Source: an uncultured Bacteroidales bacterium (GTDB lineage Bacteria > Bacteroidota > Bacteroidia > Bacteroidales > F082). Taken from it: DNA of 64,000 bases. The position numbers and the translations under genes are program-made. The DNA lies in the NCBI GenBank assembly GCA_947303055.1, contig CAMYXV010000001.1:3961-67960 (forward strand). Direction: 5' to 3'. A model generated the notes under the pieces. That model saw only the letters and a list, made by a program, of their open reading frames with translations, searched no databases and was not told where the DNA came from. Position 1 is the first letter of the stretch; each line of letters begins with the position of its first letter. Shown here one piece after another: positions 8,654 through 16,930 of the stretch.

Positions 8654-9181
8654 ATGGACATCAACATTCAGGGCAACCCAGGTACGGGCAATACCTTCCA
8701 GGAGATAAAAATCGGGCATGTGGAGAACTATGTTCCCAATGCCACGCAGGTGGTGAACAACTACTATGGCAATCAAGGCAAGCCTAAAGGCGAAGGTCCG
8801 GCCATCGACAAATCCGTTATCCGTAAGGCTATTCTCGAAGATGCAAGCAAGTTGCTCGATATGGTTTATAAGCCGAAGCAAGCCATCTGGATGAGCCTCT
8901 GGAACGATATTATCGACCTCCCTGCGGTGAAGATTGATATCTTCATACCAGGCAAGCAGAACGACAAACTCTATAAGCGAATCCTGTTTGCCGCTATCGT
9001 TCACTACCTTGGCAGCGACGAGAACAACTGCCTGGGCTGGTTCAGCCACTACAACGCCTCCGACATCGCTGAAACCCTCGTGGGTTCATCCTTGAAGTCT
9101 ATGCGTGGCGAACTCGGAGCACAGCCCTCCGACGAAGTCCAAACCGCCATCAACAACCTCATCAACGAGAAATACTCTTGA
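8654..9181 (+). CDS. hypothetical protein (175 aa)
   Basis: Clean GC-rich ORF. The N-terminal peptide is Gly/Asn-rich (MDINIQGNPGTGNTFQEIKIGHVENYV). Confidence 0.6.
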   Translation: MDINIQGNPGTGNTFQEIKIGHVENYVPNATQVVNNYYGNQGKPKGEGPAIDKSVIRKAILEDASKLLDMVYKPKQAIWMSLWNDIIDLPAVKIDIFIPGKQNDKLYKRILFAAIVHYLGSDENNCLGWFSHYNASDIAETLVGSSLKSMRGELGAQPSDEVQTAINNLINEKYS

Positions 9182-9214
9182 ACCCTTAAACTCATGAACT
9201 CTTGAACCAATCAT

Positions 9215-9242
9215 TAACCTTTAACCTTTAACCTTTAACCGT
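9215..9242. repeat. TAACCTT x4 tandem repeat (7 nt)
   Basis: TAACC at 9215, 9222, 9229 and 9236, between the stop at 9181 and the start at 9249. Confidence 0.85.
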
Positions 9243-9248
9243 TATTTA

Positions 9249-10499
9249 ATGACCGCTTCCGACCTATATCGCAAACTCTACTATTGCGGCTACACCGACA
9301 TCGAGGCCTATCTGCATGACAACCCCGTTAACCGCTACATCTACAAGCAGTTGATCGAACTGAGGCAGAACGGCACGGTGAAGACGCCCACACTGACCCT
9401 CTTCAACGAGGTGTACTATCAGTGCGTGAAGGTGCAGACCGACCGCCTGCCGGGCGAGGAGGTGCAGCGCCGCTATCTGCGCGATACCGAGGATTGGCTT
9501 GGCTCATGCAATTCCGCCCTGCTGGTGATGAGCATCGTGTGGGCACTCATGAAACGCAAGTTCAAACCCTCCTTCAGCGACGAGTGCTTTGTTGAGCAGA
9601 TGACCCCGGTCGTGAAGAATGGCGACTATTCCATCCTGGCCGCAAAACTGGTTCAGTTCATGACCTCCGAAAGCATCTACACGCCCTACGAGTTCAAGAC
9701 CATGCCCAGCCCGGTCAACACCCTCCCAATAGGCAATTCTTACGAAGGTGATGAGATGTGGCGTACGGTCACTGAACATTTCACCCCCTCCGTGGTTGAG
9801 GGTCTGCTGACGCTCTATACCAACCGTGCCGAGCAAGGCGACCTGCTCAACTGCATTGTGGGTGGTATGTCGTACGAGGAAAAACGCGACAACACCGAGC
9901 TGGTGCGCCGACTGAGGGAGAACATCGAGAAGGGCGACTACCTGCCCCATGGCAACTATTTTGACAATCAGGATGACGACCCTGATACCGACTACGACTT
10001 CATGTTTGCCGCCAACCTCAAACAGACCATGGAGGAGGCCTACGACGACCGTGCCGAGCAATACAAGCAGGAGCGCGACACCTATAAATATCGTTTGGAG
10101 GAGCAAAAGAAAGCCCATGCCGCCGAGATTGCCCGCTTGGAGGCCAACTATCAGGCCGAGATTGCCCGCCTGAAAACCCTGCTGGAGCAACAGCCCCAGC
10201 CCGTAGCCCCGGCACCGGAAGCCGCAACCCCAACCGCCGCCGCCGAACCCGCCTTCACCCTCACCGAGATGGTGGCACTCGTGAAGGAGCGTTTCAGCAA
10301 GCCGGGTGCCGACGAGGTGAGTGCCATGTTCTACAGCCTTGCCGCCGAACACCAATACCTTAGCGGCGATGTACTCAAGCTTATCAACGGCATCGTTCCT
10401 GCCGTCTTGCAGCGCGACAGCCGCAACCAATATTTCGAGCTGCCCAACGTACAGCAGTTCAACAACAACCCCGGGAACGTAAACAACAACCCCCAATGA
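9249..10499 (+). CDS. hypothetical protein (416 aa) with an internal coiled-coil/Pro-Ala linker
   Basis: Repeated AEIARLEANYQAEIARLKT, then QPQPVAPAPEAATPTAAAEP. The stop overlaps the next start by ATGA at 10496-10499. Confidence 0.65.
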   Translation: MTASDLYRKLYYCGYTDIEAYLHDNPVNRYIYKQLIELRQNGTVKTPTLTLFNEVYYQCVKVQTDRLPGEEVQRRYLRDTEDWLGSCNSALLVMSIVWALMKRKFKPSFSDECFVEQMTPVVKNGDYSILAAKLVQFMTSESIYTPYEFKTMPSPVNTLPIGNSYEGDEMWRTVTEHFTPSVVEGLLTLYTNRAEQGDLLNCIVGGMSYEEKRDNTELVRRLRENIEKGDYLPHGNYFDNQDDDPDTDYDFMFAANLKQTMEEAYDDRAEQYKQERDTYKYRLEEQKKAHAAEIARLEANYQAEIARLKTLLEQQPQPVAPAPEAATPTAAAEPAFTLTEMVALVKERFSKPGADEVSAMFYSLAAEHQYLSGDVLKLINGIVPAVLQRDSRNQYFELPNVQQFNNNPGNVNNNPQ

Positions 10500-13400
10500 C
10501 CAAGACCAGTCCTCAAAACAGCAAACGGAACTTTCAGCTTCGGCAAAAGTATCTGCACATCTTCTTCAGCTATACCAAGCGTTCGAGCGCCCTCCATAGC
10601 CTGAAGAGCATTGTGGATATCGAGTCGTTGCGCGAGGTGCAGAAAAGCATCGGCACCTTTGTGCCCACGCTGAAGGCTGAGATTGAGGGCTGCCTCTTCC
10701 CAGCCGACTTCAAGGAGCTTTGCTCCACGCTGGTGTCGTTTGTGCGACCCTTCTCCCTGCAGTCCGAGCTGATATGGCTCAGCAGCTATCTGATCGACTA
10801 TCAGCAGGAGCTGCACTGGTTCTTGGAAAAGAAAGAGCGTTTCGAGCAGAAGTTCCTCTTGGGCGAGTTTGCCGATTGCTACGACATTTTAGAGGAGGTG
10901 AAAGGCAAAATCGGCGTGTCGCTCTGGTACTACGAGTCCATGTTCCTGCTCTACGAGTATTGGGACAAGCGCAAGGAGGGCGACCTGCTGATGTCGGCCT
11001 GCCTCGAACAGACCAAAGATGCCGACACCAACCACCTTCAGTCGCTCGTATATATGCTTCATCTCAGAAGCACCACCAACATTTCGCCCTACAAGTTCGA
11101 CGACGACCTCGACTCGCTCTACAAGCAGAACAAGACCCTGCTGCATGAGGATTACTACCGCTACGTGCTCTTCCGCCTCAACATGTTCAACAACCTCCGT
11201 CAGGAGGAACTGTCGTTCAACATGATGTTCGAGTCGCTGTCGGCCTTGGTCGATCGCTATCTGATGGCGGTGAATGTCATCAAGGCATCGGCTGTGAATG
11301 AGAAGCTTGACGATGAGCTGATTGCCCGTGCCAGGTATCTCTACTCAAAAACCGACGACAAGGAGTTGCTGCCCCTGCTGGCCAAGGATTCCAAACGCAT
11401 GAAGGCATCCTACTACAACGCCTCCTTCATCGGCATTCTCGACAGCTTCTATGGCGGCGACTACCAGCGCACGGTGCAGCTGTGCCGCGAGTATGTCAAG
11501 GGCGATGCCAGCCTGTTTGATGTGCTGGTCGTCTATTGCCGTTCGCTGGTCTATCTCGGTCAGAGCTATGAGGGCATCTACCCCTTGCCCAATGCCCCTG
11601 TCAACAAGTTGTGCAGCAGAATCTACAGCGTGCTCACCGAAAAAGACAACCACGAGACCGTCTATTCGCTCTACCAGATGAACAAGAACCTCTATGGGTT
11701 CCATCTGGCGGCCTCGATGCACGTGTTCGTGATGAAGGAGCTGAACGAGCCGGTTGAAGACCGCTACCGTGTCTATTGGACCAGCTGTTTCGACCCCGAC
11801 TTTGCCACCTCGGCCTACTCCGACCCCAACGCAGCCGTTGAATACCTGAATTCCTATCCCGACTGCCATGCGTCGCTGGTTTGCAAGGCTACGCTGGCCA
11901 GGATTGAGGGCAGCGAGCTTCAGTCTGGCACAATATCCAACAATGTGGTGACACCTCACAACGCCACCGTTAAGATGGCCAACGAGGACTATGCGGCGGC
12001 CTACCAGCTGTGGAGCGATTTCTACGACGCTTCTGAGGCGTGGCTGCCCAACCGCCAGAAAGCGGTGAGGAACATGGTGAGCTGTCTCCACAAGTCGGGC
12101 CAGACCGGGCAGGCCATCACGCTCTATGTCGATTGCTTGCTCAACGATCAGGCCGCCACCCTCAAGGTTGACACCGATGCCATCATCAAGAGCCTTCAGG
12201 ACAATCTCTATGAAGGCATCCGCCGCAATATCGACCTTGCCATCTTCATGGGTCTCAACTGCAAGGATGGCGTTGACAAGAGCTTCATTCTCCTGGAGTA
12301 TTGCGAAACCAAGGAGGTCACACTGCCTTCCGAGCTGATAGGCAAGCTTGACGAGCCTCTCGACCGGCAGGAGGTGTTCTTCGCCATCTTGGACGACGAC
12401 GAAACCCTGCGGCACTATTTCAATATTCCCAGCCTCAAGGAACGCCTGAACGAGCGACTGAAAATCATCAACTATCTCGTCAAACTCGACACCCCCAACA
12501 AGGAGGTTTATCAGCAACGGCAGAAAGAGGTGGAGGATGCCCTGCTGGTCTATCGCGTGTCAAAAAACCTCAACGAGGGCAAGATTTACGCCAACGACCA
12601 AGCCATCCTGAAATACAAGCTCACCGAGATTGACGGCCTTTTCAAACGCTTCATGCGTCTGTTCGATATGATTGTCAACGAGCACAGCCGCATCTATGTC
12701 ATCGATTTCAAACATTCCACAGTGCTCTACACCCAGGACGGCTACGATGGCGAAAAGGTGAAGTCGAAGACCAGCATCAGCGAAAACGGCATCTACGAGG
12801 TGTTCTATTCGCTCTACGACTATGTGCTCGACAAGTTCCTCTACAGCGAGTTCGGTCTGGTGGCCTACCTGAGCACCCGTGTGCGTCACGGCGAACTGGA
12901 GAGCAAGCTGCGCCCCGAGCTGGCACAGCGCAACCTCATCCTCTCCATGAAGGACAACACCTATCAGGATACCTCCTATTGGCGTGAGCAATACAACCTG
13001 TCGCCAGCCGAGAACACCACCGTCAACACCGCCCTCGCCAAGTTCTCGCGCGACTTCGATGCCGAGGTCATCGACCTCATCAAGGAACGCCTGCAAATCT
13101 ACGACCGCGAGAAGAAGCCCAAAGGCCTCTTCAACTACACCATCGACGAGAACGAGCTGGCCCACAAGACCATGGAGATTGGCATTTTGACCAAGGATGC
13201 GGGGGGAAGCCGCGAGGAGTTCTGCCGGCTGGTGATCAAGTGGCTCTGGCAGAAGACCGAAGTCTGCCTGACAGAAATCAGACATTACATCGCCGGTGAG
13301 TTCACCGAGAAGATCAATGGACTGTTCGAGACCCTGAAGGCCGACCTCAGCACCGAGGCACTCCCCGTGGGACACGCCTACTCTTTCCTTCAGGCCACCA

Positions 13401-13987
13401 TTGCCGAGGCCTCATCGGTCATCGCCAGCCGCCTGAAGACCATCGAGTGCTGGTTCAACATCACCGGCACCAAGCTCGACGATGTTGACATCAAGCAGCT
13501 CACCTATCAGGTATGCAACAACACCCGCACCACCTACAACCAAATCAAGGTGGCGGGCAAGCCCCGCATCGATGGCGAGTCGTTCAAAATCAAGTCGTCC
13601 TACGTGCTGCACTATGCCGACATGCTGAGCAATCTGGTGGCCAATATGATCAAGCATGGCGTCGCCGACGAGACGGGCACCAAAGCCATCACACTCAACT
13701 TTGCCATTTCCGACAAAATGGTGGCCATGCATTTCGAGAACAAGGTGGAGACGGGGCAGGAGGAACACCTGAACCAGATCTTCACCGAGAAGCTCTCCAG
13801 CAAAGCCTCGTTCTTCAACGCCGAAGGCGGCAGCGGCATCGCCAAGGTCAACAAGATTCTGCGTGCCGACTTCCAGAACAGCGACAACGAGTTGAAGATA
13901 TGGGCTGAGAATGGCACTTGTGTGACCGAAGTGAAACTCTTTACCGAAAATCTTAGAAGCAATGTGCAAGAAAGTGCTTGTGATTGA
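10496..13987 (+). CDS. dtcA: soluble giant sensor histidine kinase (DtcA-like): long helical/TPR-like N-terminus + GHKL ATPase
   Basis: Candidate H-box STRVRHGELESKL, N-box LSNLVANMIKHG and G-box AEGGSGIAKVNKIL at the C-terminus. The roughly 900 aa N-terminal region has no transmembrane helices. Confidence 0.75.
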   Translation: MTKTSPQNSKRNFQLRQKYLHIFFSYTKRSSALHSLKSIVDIESLREVQKSIGTFVPTLKAEIEGCLFPADFKELCSTLVSFVRPFSLQSELIWLSSYLIDYQQELHWFLEKKERFEQKFLLGEFADCYDILEEVKGKIGVSLWYYESMFLLYEYWDKRKEGDLLMSACLEQTKDADTNHLQSLVYMLHLRSTTNISPYKFDDDLDSLYKQNKTLLHEDYYRYVLFRLNMFNNLRQEELSFNMMFESLSALVDRYLMAVNVIKASAVNEKLDDELIARARYLYSKTDDKELLPLLAKDSKRMKASYYNASFIGILDSFYGGDYQRTVQLCREYVKGDASLFDVLVVYCRSLVYLGQSYEGIYPLPNAPVNKLCSRIYSVLTEKDNHETVYSLYQMNKNLYGFHLAASMHVFVMKELNEPVEDRYRVYWTSCFDPDFATSAYSDPNAAVEYLNSYPDCHASLVCKATLARIEGSELQSGTISNNVVTPHNATVKMANEDYAAAYQLWSDFYDASEAWLPNRQKAVRNMVSCLHKSGQTGQAITLYVDCLLNDQAATLKVDTDAIIKSLQDNLYEGIRRNIDLAIFMGLNCKDGVDKSFILLEYCETKEVTLPSELIGKLDEPLDRQEVFFAILDDDETLRHYFNIPSLKERLNERLKIINYLVKLDTPNKEVYQQRQKEVEDALLVYRVSKNLNEGKIYANDQAILKYKLTEIDGLFKRFMRLFDMIVNEHSRIYVIDFKHSTVLYTQDGYDGEKVKSKTSISENGIYEVFYSLYDYVLDKFLYSEFGLVAYLSTRVRHGELESKLRPELAQRNLILSMKDNTYQDTSYWREQYNLSPAENTTVNTALAKFSRDFDAEVIDLIKERLQIYDREKKPKGLFNYTIDENELAHKTMEIGILTKDAGGSREEFCRLVIKWLWQKTEVCLTEIRHYIAGEFTEKINGLFETLKADLSTEALPVGHAYSFLQATIAEASSVIASRLKTIECWFNITGTKLDDVDIKQLTYQVCNNTRTTYNQIKVAGKPRIDGESFKIKSSYVLHYADMLSNLVANMIKHGVADETGTKAITLNFAISDKMVAMHFENKVETGQEEHLNQIFTEKLSSKASFFNAEGGSGIAKVNKILRADFQNSDNELKIWAENGTCVTEVKLFTENLRSNVQESACD

Positions 13988-14411
13988 GGACAACGAGGCG
14001 AAACTGAACAAACTCAGGCAGTTTTGCGCCGACTATTGGCCCGGCTATCAGGTGGAGTGCCGCAGCTCTTACAACACCGCGCTGAGCGAGGTGGTGCATC
14101 GGGGCAAGTTCTACGACATCATCCTGCTCGATGTCAGCATGAACACCTACGAGGTGAACGGCGATGCCTCCGACGGCGAGCAGGAGCCGCTGGCAGGAGC
14201 CAATATACTGCGCTTCATGAAGCTGCGCAAAATCAATGTGCCGGTCATCGTGGTCACCATGTACGAGAGCTTTGTGGACGGCATCCGCATCGACAGGCTC
14301 GATGAGGGCTTCCGCGCCAAATACCCCGAGTTCTACAAAGGCTATGTCTATTATAACCTGAAAAACGAGGATTGGATCAACAAACTTAACGAATTAATGG
14401 CAGGGATATGA
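13962..14411 (+). CDS. dtcB: stand-alone receiver (REC) domain protein (DtcB-like)
   Basis: VLVIEDNE, phospho-acceptor context IILLDVSM, and VIVVTMYE. There is no output domain. The start lies 26 nt inside the kinase ORF. Confidence 0.8.
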   Translation: MCKKVLVIEDNEAKLNKLRQFCADYWPGYQVECRSSYNTALSEVVHRGKFYDIILLDVSMNTYEVNGDASDGEQEPLAGANILRFMKLRKINVPVIVVTMYESFVDGIRIDRLDEGFRAKYPEFYKGYVYYNLKNEDWINKLNELMAGI

Positions 14412-15649
14412 TTAGGGTATTGATTATGGACGACACCCCCGAAAAAACCAGCAAGATAAAATCGGTGCTGATGGGGAAGTGCATGCTGCACGAGAGCGAA
14501 ATCACCGTGGCCAAGTCAATCAACAGCGGACGGCGTATGCTTTCGGCTGAAAGCTACGACCTGCTTATCCTCGACCTGGTGATGCCTGTCAACGACGGCG
14601 AGGAGGTGGGTGCCGAGGGGCAGAGCGAAGGCTTCATTGATGAGCTTTCGCGCGTGGGCCGTCTGAACAAGCCTATCTATATCATTGCTCTTACGCAATA
14701 CAAGGAGAAGATTGAGGAGAACCGCCAGACCTACGCCAAAAAGCTGTGGAAGCTGATACATTACGACCTGAAGCAGACCGAGTGGGAAGATGTGTTGCAG
14801 GATGCGGTGGATACCATCATCGAGACCAAGCGGAAACTCTTGGAGCATATCGCGAAGGAGAACCGCTTCGATGTGGGGTTGCTCTGCGCCCTTCCCGAGG
14901 AGTTTGAGATGATGAAGGCTGCCACCTCGCCCAATTGGGTGGTGAAGGAGGACGACCATTCGCCCTTCAACCTCTACACCCTTCAGGTGCGTACCGAAAA
15001 CGGCCATTCGCTCCGTTTGCTGGCCTGCTGTTGCAATGCGCCCGGAATGCAGGCTGCGTCGGTGGCGGCATCCTATATGTTGAGCCGATATGGCCTCGCG
15101 ATACTGTTTATGACGGGTTTCTGTGCAGGCTTCAAAAAAGACGGAGTGAACCGTGGCGACCTGTTTGTTGCCGACTCCGAATACGACTATGGCAGCGGCA
15201 AACTGGCACGCAACGCCAACAACGACCAGGTGCTCAACACCGAGCAGAAGCAGTATCCATGTTCATTTGAATTATTGGGCAAGCTTAATGCCTTCATTGC
15301 TGCGCAGAATATGCCCGACAAGTTGCGCACCGAGCTCGAAAGGGTGGGTTATCTGCAAGAGGAGATGGGCCAGCCCGCCATCCATGTGGCTCCTGGCACC
15401 TGTGGCTCGTATGTGGTGGGCGACGAAGCCTTTATGAATAAGCTGCGTAAGGAAGGCAACCGCAAGCTTACAGGGCTTGACATGGAAGGCTATGGCCTGT
15501 ATCTGGCCGGTCACATGCTGAAGAAAGACTGTGTGCTGGTGAAAGGCATCGCCGACTATGGCGACGGTGTGAAAGACGACAAGTATCACCGCACCTGCTC
15601 CTACGCCAGTGCCTGGTTTGTGATGCGATTTATCAAGGTGATGCTGTAA
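14408..15649 (+). CDS. dtcC: response regulator with a PNP_UDP_1-type nucleoside phosphorylase/nucleosidase effector domain (DtcC-like)
   Basis: REC motifs VLIMDD, LLILDLVMP and IIALTQY. The C-terminal half carries FDVGLLCALPEEFEMM, LTGLDMEGYGLYLAG and VKGIADYGD. ATGA overlap with the previous gene. Confidence 0.85.
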   Translation: MIRVLIMDDTPEKTSKIKSVLMGKCMLHESEITVAKSINSGRRMLSAESYDLLILDLVMPVNDGEEVGAEGQSEGFIDELSRVGRLNKPIYIIALTQYKEKIEENRQTYAKKLWKLIHYDLKQTEWEDVLQDAVDTIIETKRKLLEHIAKENRFDVGLLCALPEEFEMMKAATSPNWVVKEDDHSPFNLYTLQVRTENGHSLRLLACCCNAPGMQAASVAASYMLSRYGLAILFMTGFCAGFKKDGVNRGDLFVADSEYDYGSGKLARNANNDQVLNTEQKQYPCSFELLGKLNAFIAAQNMPDKLRTELERVGYLQEEMGQPAIHVAPGTCGSYVVGDEAFMNKLRKEGNRKLTGLDMEGYGLYLAGHMLKKDCVLVKGIADYGDGVKDDKYHRTCSYASAWFVMRFIKVML

Positions 15650-15655
15650 AACCAT

Positions 15656-15710
15656 TAAGCAACTAAGCAATTAAGCAAATCTATAAACTATAAACCATAC
15701 ACTATAAACT
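15656..15710. repeat. TAAGCnnn x3 (8-nt phase) followed by TATAAAC-type 7-nt words
   Basis: TAAGC at 15656, 15664 and 15672. TATAAAC at 15683, 15690 and 15704. The array starts 7 nt after the dtcC-like stop. Confidence 0.8.
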
Positions 15711-15806
15711 TTAAAAGCATAGCGTGCCATTGATCTTACGCGCAGTCAGTGCCGCACAAGGGGCTGAAAGGTCTTCCGCACAGCCTGGAAGCCCCCAATA
15801 TAATGA

Positions 15807-15861
15807 GGCAGTGCAATCCCGCAAGTCTCTCAAATATGGTTCAATTCCCTGCGGGACTGCC
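15807..15861 (+). promoter_or_regulatory. imperfect hairpin just upstream of the first polysaccharide-locus gene
   Basis: GGCAGT(15807-12)/ACTGCC(15856-61) and CCCGCA(15818-23)/TGCGGG(15850-55) give 12 bp, with a 5-nt bulge and a 26-nt loop. It lies 10 nt before the ATG at 15871. Confidence 0.35.
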
Positions 15862-15870
15862 TTATATTAA

Positions 15871-16839
15871 ATGAACTTGTTGAACTCGTATAATAATTTA
15901 ATTCATAAATATATGTTACCATTACCACTTTCTACTTATTTCAAAGAGCCTAAACGTATAATACTTGGAATAGTCCATCGGTTCTGGTTCTTGTTTCCGG
16001 ACAAAACAAGTATTAAGATACAATATAAGGCGTATATGGGTCGTAAACTCAATTTAAGGAATCCTAAACGGTTTTCAGAGAAGTTACAATGGTTAAAGTT
16101 GTATGATCGCAAGCCTCATTACACTACAATGGTTGACAAAATCACCGTTAAAGATTATGTTGCTAATATCATTGGCAAACAATACATTATTCCAACATTA
16201 GGTATATGGCATCATTTTGATGAGATTAATTTCGATACATTGCCCGATAAGTTTGTATTAAAGACGAACAATGGTGGTGGCGGCGGTGGTGTCGTAATTT
16301 GTAGAGATAAAAAGAGTTTCGATAAAGAGAAGGCAAAGAATATATTAGAGGCTTCTTTAAAAGAAAGTATATATCGTGATTTTCGCGAATGGCCTTATAA
16401 AAATGTAAAACCGATGATATTGGCGGAACAAATGCTTGAGGATGATGGTGTGCATGGGTTGATGGATTATACAGACGAAGGTATAAAAGATTATAAGTTC
16501 TATTGTTTTAATGGTTGCCCAAAAGTTCTTTTGATTGCTTCAAACAGGTTTACAACACACAACTTAAATTATTTTGATATGGATTTTCGACCATTATCAA
16601 TCACTTCTGTTGATGGTAACCCAGTAGATTCAAATCTAATAAAAAAACCTAGAACATTCGAAGAAATGAAAAAGGTGGCAAGTTTACTCTCTGAAGGAAT
16701 GTCATTTATACGAGTGGATTTATATGAAGTACAAGGCAAAGTATATTTCGGAGAATTGACTTTTTTTGACTCTTCTGGTTACGATAACTTAAATTCAGAT
16801 GAAATAGATTTGAAATGGGGTTCGTGGATAGAATTGTAA
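15871..16839 (+). CDS. ATP-grasp fold amidoligase (TupA-like)
   Basis: FSEKLQWLKLYDRKPHYTTMVDKITVKDYV, FVLKTNNGGGGGGVVICRDK and DYKFYCFNGCPKVLLIASNRF. Confidence 0.75.
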   Translation: MNLLNSYNNLIHKYMLPLPLSTYFKEPKRIILGIVHRFWFLFPDKTSIKIQYKAYMGRKLNLRNPKRFSEKLQWLKLYDRKPHYTTMVDKITVKDYVANIIGKQYIIPTLGIWHHFDEINFDTLPDKFVLKTNNGGGGGGVVICRDKKSFDKEKAKNILEASLKESIYRDFREWPYKNVKPMILAEQMLEDDGVHGLMDYTDEGIKDYKFYCFNGCPKVLLIASNRFTTHNLNYFDMDFRPLSITSVDGNPVDSNLIKKPRTFEEMKKVASLLSEGMSFIRVDLYEVQGKVYFGELTFFDSSGYDNLNSDEIDLKWGSWIEL

Positions 16840-16930
16840 AATATTTGATTATTTGATGAATAGAATTAATGTAAAATTGTTTGTAAATATATTATTTCAA
16901 TTTGTTTAGATTTCCAAGTTTTTATTAAAT

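Noticed and set aside
9504-14011. Long minus-strand ORFs (9504-10496, 11345-12517, 12560-13375, 13412-14011) and several plus-strand out-of-frame ORFs inside the GC-rich genes.
   Set aside because: They lie entirely antisense to, or out of frame with, plus-strand ORFs that carry clear domain motifs (GHKL, REC). Their translations are low-complexity, Gly/Val/Leu/Arg-rich shadows typical of GC-rich coding DNA.
15838-15868. GGTTCAATTCCCTGCGGGACTGCC, resembling the 3' end of a tRNA.
   Set aside because: The 5' half of the T-stem is missing (TATGG where CAGGG would be needed). There is no CCA, and the paired partner is only 55 nt away rather than tRNA length. It is kept only as a hairpin observation.
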